Below, piece by piece: positions 10,503 through 20,843 of a DNA stretch of 26,535 nt. Both the position numbers and the translations under genes were made by a program. The stretch lies in assembly GCA_030141605.1 (NCBI GenBank), contig JAQGDQ010001758.1, positions 1 through 26,535 of the forward strand, written 5' to 3'. Each line of letters opens with the position of its first letter. Within the stretch, counting starts at the first letter, position 1. Under the pieces are notes generated by a model. That model saw only the letters and a list, made by a program, of their open reading frames with translations. It was not told the DNA's origin and made no database searches. This stretch comes from Tubiluchus corallicola (taxonomy: Eukaryota; Animalia; Priapulida).

Positions 10503-10961
10503 GCCTTTCATACCCGTTGTATCCCGTGGGATACGAGAATATTTTCTGCCTTTAAAATGAATAAAATTTTAAAACTGACAGTTATTTGATCTGTTAATAG
10601 TTATTTTGATTTAAGTCAATAACAATAGACTAAAAATGGTGATAAAATGACAAACTAGAAAATCTACATAGCATAAAAAACTGCGCAAGGTACAGTACTT
10701 TAGAGACGACTTTGTACAGATCAGCATAGCATGCATACTAAATGTCTTAAATACTTTAAAAAATTATCAGCAGTTGCAAAATGAAGCACATTTTATGCTT
10801 CCGTTGAATCCCAATGTATCCCGTGGGATGCAGGCTATATTTAGCACGCGGGCATAGGTAGAAAAAAATAATTATTATGTGTAAACAAGATGGACATACT
10901 GAACAAAAGTACCAAGCCGAAAAATTTTTCTTATTAAAAAAATAATTTGGGACTGAAAGGG
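10503..10961. mobile_element. piggyBac-like MITE, copy 2
   Basis: TTAA|GCCTTTCA ... TGAAAGGG|TTAA; same family and orientation as 4064-4444. Confidence 0.88.
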
Positions 10962-11042
10962 TTAATGTCGTTTCTTCTAAAGTTTTGGTTTTGTAAAACC
11001 AAAGTAGAAACTAAAAATGCAAAGCAGCAACAGACTACGTAC

Positions 11043-11242
11043 CGCGTATGGACCGCTGGCCACCTTCGCTAAGGCCACGTTGAGTAGCGAAGCCGGAGAG
11101 GCGTACTTGATGGCCGGACCAATTCCCATGATTCTTTGCATTAAGAAGAGGGCCGCGACCTCTTTCGTGTTGCCCAGGTTCGCACCTTCGGTCACCAAGG
11201 ACGCGTAGACGATGGGGGAAGCCGTCTGCGTGCGAAGTTCAC
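11043..11242 (-). CDS. UQCRC2: UQCRC2 exon (200 nt)
   Basis: ttgcag|GT GAA...GCG|gtacgt; GELRTQTASPIVYASLVTEG...MQRIMGIGPAIKY...VASGPYA; phase 1 to 0. Confidence 0.94.
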
Positions 11243-11390
11243 CTGCAAAGAAGAGATTGATGAACACTGGACGACAGGTGTGCTAGTTCAAAAAGTTTAG
11301 ATAAGAAACCACTACAAAACACTTGTCTAAATTTAACGTGAAAAACAAAATATGCAAAAATTAGACAACTTTACACGGCTATACTGAACT

Positions 11391-11394
<4 letters not shown>

Positions 11395-11456
<62 letters not shown>

Positions 11457-11461
11457 GTGTG
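11395..11461. repeat. (GT)n microsatellite
   Basis: Near-perfect GT run. Confidence 0.98.
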
Positions 11462-11680
11462 GGCATAGAAATAAAATTAATATTTAATATTAATACTCAA
11501 TATAACTTTTGCAAAAAACGGCAGAAAAATGGCCATTTTTGGAGGTTTTTCGCCTCTCCTTCCTCGCGGTGGGCCCGATTCGAAAAATAAACCCCCAATA
11601 GACGACACTAGATCGAGACCTTTCGTTTGATGTATAGATCACTGCAAATGGTGCCGTCGTCCGGGCTGTAGCCTCGAATC

Positions 11681-11709
11681 TTATATATATATATATATAT
11701 ATATATATA
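11681..11709. repeat. (TA)n microsatellite
   Basis: Perfect TA run. Confidence 0.97.
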
Positions 11710-11857
11710 CCAAGAATATTAATATAAGAGTATAGATAACGAACAACAATTTGTTTATTTACAAGATTCTGTTTTAGTAACACACCACAAGAAGTTATTG
11801 TCAAATGTGCAGAAAGTCGATGTGTCCCAGTTAAAAGGCAACAACGTAGTGAAAGGG
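11710..11857. mobile_element. Possible right end of a different piggyBac-like element
   Basis: Ends GTAGTGAAAGGG|TTAA. No matching left end found; left boundary is arbitrary. Confidence 0.4.
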
Positions 11858-11874
11858 TTAATTAAATTCACAAT

Positions 11875-12030
11875 GTGAACACAAGATAGAAAAGTTGCAT
11901 GACGGCAGAAACTCCCCAGACCCGGAAAGTCGAGGGGGGGGGGGCAAAAACTTGAGTGTGAACACAAGATGGACGGTTGCACGACGGCACAAACTCCCCA
12001 GACTCGGAAACTCGAGGGGACACAAAACTT
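11875..12030. repeat. Diverged ~83-bp tandem dimer
   Basis: GTGAACACAAGAT..GTTGCAYGACGGCA.AAACTCCCCAGAC.CGGAAA.TCGAGGGG at 11875 and 11958. Confidence 0.85.
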
Positions 12031-12063
12031 TCACACGAACAAGAATGAACTCGCATCAATTAC

Positions 12064-12217
12064 CTCCGAAGAATTTAGCCATTCCGCCGATCACCTCTTT
12101 ATCCTGCGGAGGCTGAAACAGGTTGTTGCCTAAGTGGACTAGCTGTGCGTGCGGCATTCCTATCCCGACCAGAGCCATTCTTCCTGCTGTACAATACATG
12201 TTCCAGTAATCAGTAAG
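12064..12217 (-). CDS. UQCRC2: UQCRC2 exon (154 nt)
   Basis: tttcag|CTT...GGA G|gtaatt; LTDYWNMYCTAGRMALVGIGMPHAQL...MAKFFG; phase 0 to 1. Confidence 0.94.
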
Positions 12218-12288
12218 CTGAAAGAGATTTAACACGACCAGATGAAATCAAGTCATAATACAGCAGGCGCCGCTTAATAGACTCGACT

Positions 12289-12835
12289 CAGGGATGAGAA
12301 TGACAAATTGCAAAAACTCTGAAACAGTCCGGGGGTTTGGGGGCCACGTAGGCCCCCGTGGGGGTTCAAGGGGGCGAAGCAACAAATTGCAATTTTGTGA
12401 CCATAGAGAGCGTCTAAGTGGACTTAAAATATCAATTACCAGGTCTCATGCATAATTTAAAATACCCAACTATCAAGGATACATGATACCTAATTGTCTC
12501 AAAAACGCCTAAGTACTGACCGCTCCTATGCAAAAGTATATAAAAACTGTCTGCAATTGACTGAAAAACTCCGCACAATTGATTCTATATTTTTACACAT
12601 AGAGTACACGTGGTTAAACTGAAGTACGTGACGTAAACATAGAGATGTACACGTGGTTACACTGATGTACGTGATGTTAACAAAGTGACGGCCTGCTAAC
12701 TCGCGGTCACCTTGTGAAATAATGTACTGGGTCCGTAAAAATTTTCTCAACGAATTTACGCGATTTACAAAAATGACACTACTGGTCTTCCAAAAACTCG
12801 GAATTCCGCGTATCCGCAGAAAATTCTCATCCCTG
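12289..12835. mobile_element. hAT-like MITE, copy 1
   Basis: CAGGGATGAGAAT ... ATTCTCATCCCTG perfect 13-bp TIR; homologous to 20008-20460. TSD not cleanly preserved. Confidence 0.85.
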
Positions 12836-13126
12836 GAACCACTTTGGGACGGAAGTATTTTGACCCAATTAACCGACTGAGTCAATTAGCCGAAGGGTTT
12901 AGTATATTAGTACTATAGAAGTATGAGATACTGCATGTGGTAAACGTACTGTACCTGCTTACAAACAAAGCATATAAACTTAATGACTGATGAAACAGTT
13001 ACTTAACGTGACTGTTTCATCAATGTTAATATAACATAAAAGCAGCAAAGGCTCATTGCGTACACGCGAGTATCTTATTTTAAGTGCGTGAAGTAAAAAT
13101 ATTGAGTCATCTATGCGGAGTTATTT

Positions 13127-14060
13127 GAGTCAATTACCAACAGTTTTCGTACACTTTTGAATAGGAGCGGCCCGTACCAGACTTTTTTTAGTCAATTACC
13201 GACAGTTTTTGTACACTTTTGAATAGGAGCGGCCGGTACCAGACGTTTTTGAGTCAATTACCAACAGTTTTTGTATACTTTTGAATAGGAGCGGCCCGTA
13301 CCAGACTTTTTTTAGTCAATTACCGACAGTTTTTGTACACATTTGAATAGGAGGGCAGGTACCAGACGTTTTTGAGTCAATTACCGACAGTTTTTGTATA
13401 CTTTTGAATAGGAGCGGCCCGTACCAGACGTTTTTTAGTCAATTACCGACAGTTTTTGTACATTTTGAATAGGAGCGGCCGGTTCCAGACGTTTTTGAGT
13501 CAATTACCAACAGTTTTTGTATACTTTTGAATAGGAGCGGCCCGTACCAGACTTTTTTTAGTCAATTACCGACAGTTTTTGTACACTTTTGAATAGGAGC
13601 GGCCGGTACCAGACGTTTTTGAGTCAATTACCAACAGTTTTTGTATACTTTTGAATAGGAGCGGCCCGTACCAGACTTTTTTTAGTCAATTACCGACAGT
13701 TTTTGTACACTTTTGAATAGGAGCGGCCGGTACCAGACGTTTTTGAGTCAATTACCGACAGTTTTTGTATACTTTTGAATAGGAGCGGCCCGTACCAGAC
13801 GTTTTTTAGTCAATTACCGACAGTTTTTGTACACTTTTGAATAGGAGCGGCCAGTGCCAGATGTTTTTGAGTCAATTACCGACAGTTTTTGTACACTTTT
13901 AAATAGGAGCGGCCAGTACCAGATGTTTTTGAGTCAATTACCAACAGTTTTTGTATACTTTTGAAAAGGAGCGGCCAGTACCAGACGTTTTTGAGTCAAT
14001 TACTGACAGTTTTTGTATACTTTTGAATAGGAGTGGCCAGTACCAGATGTTTTTGAGTCA
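13127..14060. repeat. 62-bp minisatellite, ~15 copies, partly an A/B 124-bp dimer
   Basis: Unit GAGTCAATTACCGACAGTTTTTGTACACTTTTGAATAGGAGCGGCCGGTACCAGACGTTTTT; starts at 13127, 13189, 13251 ... Confidence 0.96.
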
Positions 14061-14249
14061 ACAAAGCGACTGAGTCTATTAAACAGCATCTACTGTATTA
14101 AGAATGCTTATAGACCACACACTAGTAAATTATTTAAAGATTTAAAAATATTGAAACTGCATGGCGTTGTTGTCCTGAGAAATAGTTGTTTTGTATATAG
14201 GTATGCTGACGATGTGTTTCCTGATGTATTCATACATGTGACATATAAC

Positions 14250-15187
14250 TATTGCTATTTTTTTATGTTGGCAGTGTGCCAAGATATCGCTGTTACAATT
14301 AAATTGGCAGTGTGCTCAGCTATAGCTCCTACTATTATTTTATGTTGGCAGTGTGCCAAGGTATTGCTGTTACTATTCTCTTATGTTAAGAGTGTGTCAA
14401 CTTATAGCTCCTACTATTATTTTATGTTGGCAGTGTGCCAAGGTATTGCTGTTACTATTCTCTTATGTTAAGAGTGTGTCAACTTATAGCTCCTACTATT
14501 GTCTTATGTTGGCAGTGTGCCAAGGTATTGCTGTTACTATTCTCTTATGTTAAGAGTGTGTCAACTTATAGCTCCTACTATTGTCTTATGTTGGCAGTGT
14601 GCCAAGGTATTGCTGTTACTATTCTCTTATGTTAAGAGTGTGTCAACTTATAGCTCCTACTATTGTCTTATGTTGGCAGTGTGCCAGGTTATTGCTGTTA
14701 CTATTCTCTTATGTTAAGAGTGTGTCAACTTATAGCTCCTACTATTGTCTTATGTTGGCAGTGTGCCAAGGTATTGCTGTTACTATTCTTTTATGTTGAA
14801 AGTGTGCCAACTTATAGCTCCTACTATTGTTTTATGGTGGCAGTGTGCCAAGTTATTGCTGTTACTATTCTTTTATGTTGAAAGTGTGCCAACTTATAGC
14901 TCCTACTATTGTTTTATGGTGGCAGTTGTGCCAAATTATAGCTCCTATTATTGTTTTATGGTGGCAATGTACCAACTTATAGCTCCTACTATTGTTTTAT
15001 GGTGGCAGTGTGCCAACTTATAGCTCCTACTATTGTTTTATGTTGGCAGTGTGCCAAGTTATTGCTGTTACTATTCTTTTATGTTGACAGTGTGCCAACT
15101 TATAGCTCCTACTATTGTTTTGTTGGCACTGTGCCAAGCCAACTTATAGCTCCTACTACTGTTTTGTTGGCACTGTGCCAAGCCAAC
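14250..15187. repeat. 41-bp minisatellite with an 82-bp higher-order dimer
   Basis: Alternating TTATGTTGGCAGTGTGCCAAGGTATTGCTGTTACTATTCTC and TTATGTTAAGAGTGTGTCAACTTATAGCTCCTACTATTGTC; period 82 (14345, 14427, 14509, 14591). Confidence 0.95.
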
Positions 15188-15563
15188 ATTTTATATATAT
15201 GACATACATGTGTGTGTTTTTAATAATGACATACATATTCATACAACCAGATGACATAAAAAATTTCACATTCCTAAATTCAAAACTGACGCCATGAAAC
15301 ACTCTAAACTATCAAATATAAACGAGTCGCCCTGCGCCACAGTCTTCCCAATCAGTTATTATGGGAAGATCTACTTTCCCGTTTATCCCTAACGGAGTCG
15401 CATTTATGTCACCGATCAGACAAGTAGACAGGAGATATTCCTTGTAATTCTTTGTATGTGAGAACAAGAGTTCATATATTATATGTACCTGATTGTAATC
15501 GGTAATTAGTGTAAGTAAAACGTACACATTTTGTACAACAAGATTTCATTTTTAAGTACTGTA

Positions 15564-16347
15564 TAGTCAACCTCGGGTATAAGGTACTGGCTTATAAAAT
15601 CACGGTCCCGATTTTTCATAACGTGTTTCCTATGTAAAATTCTTCGTATATAAGGTACTCGGACATAAGGTACTCGTATATTAGTCACTCCCTTTTAACT
15701 TTTAAAAAAACCGTCAGAGAAGAAATATTTCAAAAGTATTAAGAGTAACACAGTTTGATAATGGTAATAACCTGCATTTTTTCCTACAGTAATCTTAATA
15801 TAACGTGACTATGTTTAACAGGATACTGAACACTTTGTAACCATGATCACAGTTTTTCTTAGTTCTCGCTCCATTTCATCTTTCATTCACTACTCCCCCC
15901 CATTTTTTTTAAGATTTCCACGTACAGTTTGGCCTGTCAAGCTATGCTTTTAGGCTCAAACTGTATGCATCAAAATTATTTTGTAATGAAATTTGCACAA
16001 GGTACTCGGTTATAAGGGACGATACCTTCAGGTCCCATGTCATAGAAACCCAGGAAAATTACCTCGCATATAAGGGACCCTATGATCAAAGCGAAATTGA
16101 TAGATTTTTAACCTCAATTTTTCGCAAACTCGGCTTTCGAACAGCTCGGTTTCCGTGGTCACATACATCTCGCATCACTGAAGGAGCTTCCTACATACTG
16201 TTTGCACTGAATGTGTAGCAATAATCCATAAGAATAGGGGTAAAAGTACAGAAAAGTACAGGTCTAGATACACCCTCGGCTTGACTCAACTTCGGCTATA
16301 AGGGACGGTTTTTTTCCGGAGGTGTCCTTTGTATCCGAGGTTGACTG
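15564..16347. mobile_element. Tc1/mariner (pogo/Tigger-like) MITE, copy A
   Basis: TA|TAGTCAACCTCGG ... CCGAGGTTGACTG|TA, with internal TATAAGG repeats; inverted homologue at 20844-21321. Confidence 0.87.
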
Positions 16348-16459
16348 TAATTCGCTCAAAACAAGCTCTTCGCGAAAAACTAATTGCAATAAATTTGAAC
16401 TGAAACGAATTTTTCGCTTTTTTCAGCAACACTGAGAATGTTTAACTAACGTTGCATAC

Positions 16460-16557
16460 CATTTTAGAACTGTACCTCCCAATCATGAACTCCGGACAGT
16501 AGATAGAACGGCCTAGAGTCTGTCTAAATGCTGCGGCGTGCACGTCTTCCATCACAC
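16460..16557 (-). CDS. UQCRC2: UQCRC2 exon (98 nt)
   Basis: gtttag|GT GTG...ATG|gtatgc; RVMEDVHAAAFRQTLGRSIYCPEFMIGRYSSKM; phase 1 to 0. Confidence 0.95.
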
Positions 16558-16825
16558 CTAAACAAAACACGCAGTTCAAAGAGGAAGAGCGTCACGTTTG
16601 TCAGGCAAGCATGGGGTGTGGAACACAAAAGAATGTTGGCGACTGATTTGTCCCGTTCTGTCGGAAAAGCTTTCAGACTCCGTACGAGGTGGGGTAGGTG
16701 AATTTTGTCACCCGTAGACGAAGCACGCACCAATTCAACAGACAGCAGCTCTCTTAATGCCATAAACCTAATTTGCTTTGAAAATCCAATTAGCAGTGTT
16801 TAATATGCCTTTTCGCAGTTGTTGC

Positions 16826-17129
16826 AGGTCAAAGGTTAAGTGTACCACAGCATCGCGTCTTAACTACAACTGTCACGTGACATGTAGGTAAAGCAAAGCC
16901 GTCTGCCGCTGCAGCAGTTCAGTAACTTCAGTTGTTTTACGTGGACTTTACTTAACTGCGCATTAGGCATAGAGTGATTTACTAGCAGGATCTTGCTTGG
17001 GAACAAGTAAAAATGAACTAGGTAAGGTTCTAGCTAGCTGCTAAAACTGTTACTATTACAATTGCATGGGCTGCGAGGCGTTGTCAAGTGTACACAAATG
17101 CGTTGTCTGGTTCACTTAACCTTTGACCT
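16826..17129. mobile_element. Putative MITE bounded by a perfect 17-bp inverted repeat
   Basis: AGGTCAAAGGTTAAGTG (16826-16842) and CACTTAACCTTTGACCT (17113-17129); no TSD seen. Confidence 0.5.
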
Positions 17130-17174
17130 TTTCACGATCATCATCAATCACTGGAACTGTGAAAAGACTCATTA

Positions 17175-17177
<3 letters not shown>

Positions 17178-17212
<35 letters not shown>
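17178..17212. repeat. (TA)n microsatellite
   Basis: Perfect TA run. Confidence 0.96.
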
Positions 17213-17215
<3 letters not shown>

Positions 17216-17253
17216 CTATATATATACAATATGTGTGCTTGATAGCAAAATCG

Positions 17254-17828
17254 TCCATAAGTCGGCAATTAAGCTTGTCTAGTTATTCACATATCCCGAA
17301 TCTCCATTTCATGAGGATCATTTTGATACCAAGTTCATCACTCTATGTTATTTCTAAGCTGAGATAATCCACCTTGAAGTTGAGGTGCAGGCTGCACACT
17401 GAAAAATGTAATCTTGAGAAAATCACTGTTAAGGTCAGCCATTGTTTTAACGTACAAATGTTGGTTGCTAACACCGTGAATTTATGTTTATATCCAGTAG
17501 ATGGCTCTTCCTGACGAAGATCTGGGCTTGGCAACAGCGAAAACCCGAAGCAAAATGACTACTTCTACGAGCTATTATCGGAGTTTGAAAATACAAGTTT
17601 CTTACAAATGCAGTACTAGTTTCCATTCAGAAAAGTGGGTACGGGGTTATAAAATTAGATTTTTAGTCTTTTTTGGACATTTTCTTGCTAATTTGGTGCT
17701 AGAATATAAAAGTCTAATATATTCAGGGTTTGTTTTGATAAAAAACGAAAAATTTACATTAGACCAAAATATTGGTGCAGTCTACTTTGAAGTATCGTAA
17801 CGTAGTTATAACTATGCCGACTTATGGA
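17254..17828. mobile_element. Putative non-autonomous element bounded by a 14-bp inverted repeat
   Basis: TCCATAAGTCGGCA (17254-17267) and TGCCGACTTATGGA (17815-17828). Confidence 0.55.
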
Positions 17829-17974
17829 GTTATGGAAGGTTTTGGTATGCAAGCACACACACATAGAAAATAATAATATATCGTACTTTCAGAAAAAAAG
17901 ACAATCTTTTTAAACTCAAATGAAAACGATGTCGTATGAAGAAATTCGTTCGCTTCACAAACTGATTCACTTAC

Positions 17975-18099
17975 GCAAATATGGAGACGCGTGAAAGTGC
18001 GCAAGATCTAATGTCAGTCTAGGAACTCCATCCGTAATCTCCCACGGCTTGAACGACGGCTTCGTCGTAATATTTGCTAGGAATGGTAATGCATCGGGC
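17975..18099 (-). CDS. UQCRC2: UQCRC2 exon (125 nt)
   Basis: tctcag|G CCC...TTG C|gtaagt; PDALPFLANITTKPSFKPWEITDGVPRLTLDLAHFHASPYL; phase 2 to 1. Confidence 0.94.
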
Positions 18100-18815
18100 C
18101 TGAGAACACAAAAACCAATTTGAAATAAATCTGAATATCTACAGGAAACTGAGTGTTAGAATTTAAGGGAAGACAGGATAATTTTTCATACACCACCCCA
18201 TTTTCAAGTACAGTAAAAACTATACATTTTAACACAATTAATACAGCAAAATGTTTCAGATAATTAGATTAAAAACTTAATACATGGCGGGCAAGCCCAA
18301 TTATTGACGACATCACAAACTAACATAATTTTCAACGGCAAAGATATTCCACAAGCGTGTTGCATGTGTTTGTGAAAGAGAAAGTACAGTGCTACTGTAA
18401 GATATTCAGTGTGTAAGATATTAAGTCTGGAATGAGATTTGTCAATCCGCAAAAAATAGCAGATCTATTACTAGATTTAAAAAAATGCTAAAAAATCAAA
18501 TTTTAAGTAAGTATCAGTGAGTAATCACAATTTCTATCAGTATCCATCCTCACAATAGTGGCAAAACAGTGGTGTTATTTTAATTTTACATACTATTAAC
18601 AAATAATAGTCTTTCTATCTTTTATATCATCCCATATATGAGCTTCATTCATTACATCATTCCATTTTAATCACTAATGTTTTTTTATCACACGATTCAC
18701 TATAAATTTTCAGATTATCTCCATTACTTTTTCTTCTTTCACTGTGTGGGACAATCTAACAAGCCCTGCTTTTTGATTGCCCACAACACATTTACCTTCG
18801 TATATAGGTGAACAG

Positions 18816-19064
18816 TGTTTGAGGCTTTTCCTGTGCAGTATTTCTTATTTGTATTATATCCATTGTAGGCCCTTTCACTAGATATTGTACATGTAACTAT
18901 TGTAAATGTGTAATGTGAAATAAATGACTTACGACTTATGCATCTCTCTCTTACATGCATTCGATTGTGCTTTCTCTCTCTTTTTCTCTGTCTCTCTCTC
19001 TCTCTTTCTCTCTCTCGCTCTCTCTCTCTTGTCTCTCTCTCTCTCTCTGTCTCTCTCTCCTCGA

Positions 19065-19097
<33 letters not shown>

Positions 19098-19271
19098 ATC
19101 TCTCTTTCTGTCCATCTCTCTCTCTCTCTTCATGACTACGCTGCTACATTGTGTGAAGCTTTTCCTGTGCAGTATTTCTTATTTGTATTATATCCATTGT
19201 AGGCCCTTTCACTAGATATTGTACATGAAACTATTGTTAATGTGTAATGTGAAATAAATGACTTATGACTA
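18816..19271 (+). repeat. ~120-bp direct repeats (18816-18938 and 19150-19271) flanking a (CT)n tract (18972-19128)
   Basis: Both copies read GCTTTTCCTGTGCAGTATTTC...GTGAAATAAATGACTTAYGACT. Confidence 0.9.
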
Positions 19272-19381
19272 AATAACCTAAATTAACATATATCAAAATC
19301 TAACACGCCAACTTGTCAACTGTTGCTAATATCTACAGCGAACAGGATAAAATTACGTCTATCTTCGAGTGAAATACCTAC

Positions 19382-19503
19382 AAATTATTTCGCAGGCAGT
19401 TCATGGTGTAAAACAAATGCTCTCGCGTACTCGTTGCTAAGAGACTTGCTCCCAGATGCTCCAAATTTCGCACGTTACCAAAATAGGTGCTCTTTTCTGT
19501 CGC
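19382..19503 (-). CDS. UQCRC2: UQCRC2 exon (122 nt)
   Basis: ctgcag|GCG...AAT TT|gtaggt; ATEKSTYFGNVRNLEHLGASLLATSTREHLFYTMNCLRNN; phase 0 to 2. Confidence 0.93.
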
Positions 19504-20007
19504 CTGCAGAGTAGTAAGACAAAAGTTGAACCTTTAACTGCAGATTTCACATTACAATAACACAGTACAGTAAGTCATAGACATACAACATTTATTTTCT
19601 CCAGTCAGTTTAACATCATAAATGGTGATTTTTTATGATTCATAATATTCTTTTAACGTTAGAATTAATGTTTTCAATATATTTTTATACATTTTGTGAT
19701 TTTTTATGCAAAATTCATCAAATCTATACTATACTGTGCAAAAATACTTTAGACGGAGTACCGCAAAAACCCGTGAAACAGCGAAACTACCGCGATAAAT
19801 ACTTTACATTCATATTTTTGAAAAGCCGCTAGACAGCGAGTCCGCGATAAACGAACCGCGAAGGAACACTGTATATCATTGGCTGACGATTTACAATCAC
19901 ATACAATTACAATTGCAATAACAAGTTGCAAAACATTGCATAAACAATGCAATACATTACAATGAAGAAAAACTACACGGACAAAACCCCTCACGTGTGG
20001 AATAATC

Positions 20008-20460
20008 CAGGGGTGAGAATGAAAAATTGCAAAAAAACTCTGAAACAGGCCCGGGGTTTGGAGGCCATAGAGAACCTCTAAATGGACTTAAAATATCAAT
20101 TACCTTCTTTCATGCATAATTTAAAATACCCAACTATCAAGGATACATGATACCTAATTGTCTCAAAAACACCTAAGTACTGGCCGCTCCTATGCAAAAG
20201 TATATAAAAACTGTCTGCAATTGACTCAAATAACTCCGCACAATTGATTCTATATTTTTATACATAGAGATATACACGTGGTTACACTGATGTACGTGAT
20301 GTAAACAAAGTGACAGCCTGCCAACTAGCGGTCAGCTTGTGAAATAATGTACTGGGTCCGTAAAAATTTTCTCAACGAATTTACGCGATTTACAAAAATG
20401 CCACTACTGGTCTTCCAAAAACTCGGAATTCCGTGTATCCGGGAAAAATTCTCATCCCTG
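20008..20460. mobile_element. hAT-like MITE, copy 2
   Basis: GAATAATC|CAGGGGTGAGAAT ... ATTCTCATCCCTG|GAATAATC: perfect 8-bp TSD and CAGGG termini. Confidence 0.93.
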
Positions 20461-20627
20461 GAATAATCGTCAACACAATGCACGATAAAACACAATAATA
20501 ATAATATTAATAATAATAATAATAATAGTAAACGGTATTTACAGTAGCTACATATTACAATTATATTATATCAAGTTATTTTACAAAGCTTAGTACACAA
20601 CGAATTTTAGAATAAAAGTCTCTGTAC

Positions 20628-20777
20628 CTGAGCAGCAGAATTTCGGAGGCAGTGAGTGATGCCCAGGTTACTCGTTTGCTCAAAACGACATCCGGCGTTG
20701 ATGACCACGACGACTTTTGTGATCGGAGAGTAATTCTCCAGGGTGACCACTTTCATTCCATTGCTAAGATGACCGAC
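20628..20777 (-). CDS. UQCRC2: UQCRC2 exon (150 nt)
   Basis: ttgtag|GTC...CAG|gtacag; VGHLSNGMKVVTLENYSPITKVVVVINAGCRFEQTSNLGITHCLRNSAAQ. Confidence 0.96.
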
Positions 20778-20843
20778 CTACAATTAAGTAAACAAATGCG
20801 AGCAAATAAAGCGACCAAATTCTTTGAATAACAAAACCAAATA

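Larger units (their letters stand above)
12261..14095. mobile_element. Tc1/mariner-like non-autonomous element hosting a hAT MITE and a 62-bp satellite
   Basis: TA|CAGCAGGCGCCGCTTAATAGACTC versus the reverse complement of the right end, CAGTAGATGCTGTTTAATAGACTC, which is also flanked by TA (19/24 identical, all transitions). Subterminal GAGTCAATTA motifs. Confidence 0.7.

Noticed and set aside
11550-11585. HDV-ribozyme-like TCCTCGCGG
   Set aside because: Could not build P1, P2 or P4, or the catalytic C junction.
15312-15527. 71-aa ORF with protein-like composition
   Set aside because: Not needed for the complete UQCRC2 reading frame and no recognisable homology.
17270-17345. C/D snoRNA candidates (minus-strand RTGATGA at ~17336 and ~22503)
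   Set aside because: No suitably spaced D box with a terminal stem, and no recognisable rRNA antisense element.
17505-17552. Hammerhead-like CTGACGA...GAAA
   Set aside because: Stem II is poor and there is no stem III or NUH cleavage triplet; at most a decayed relic.
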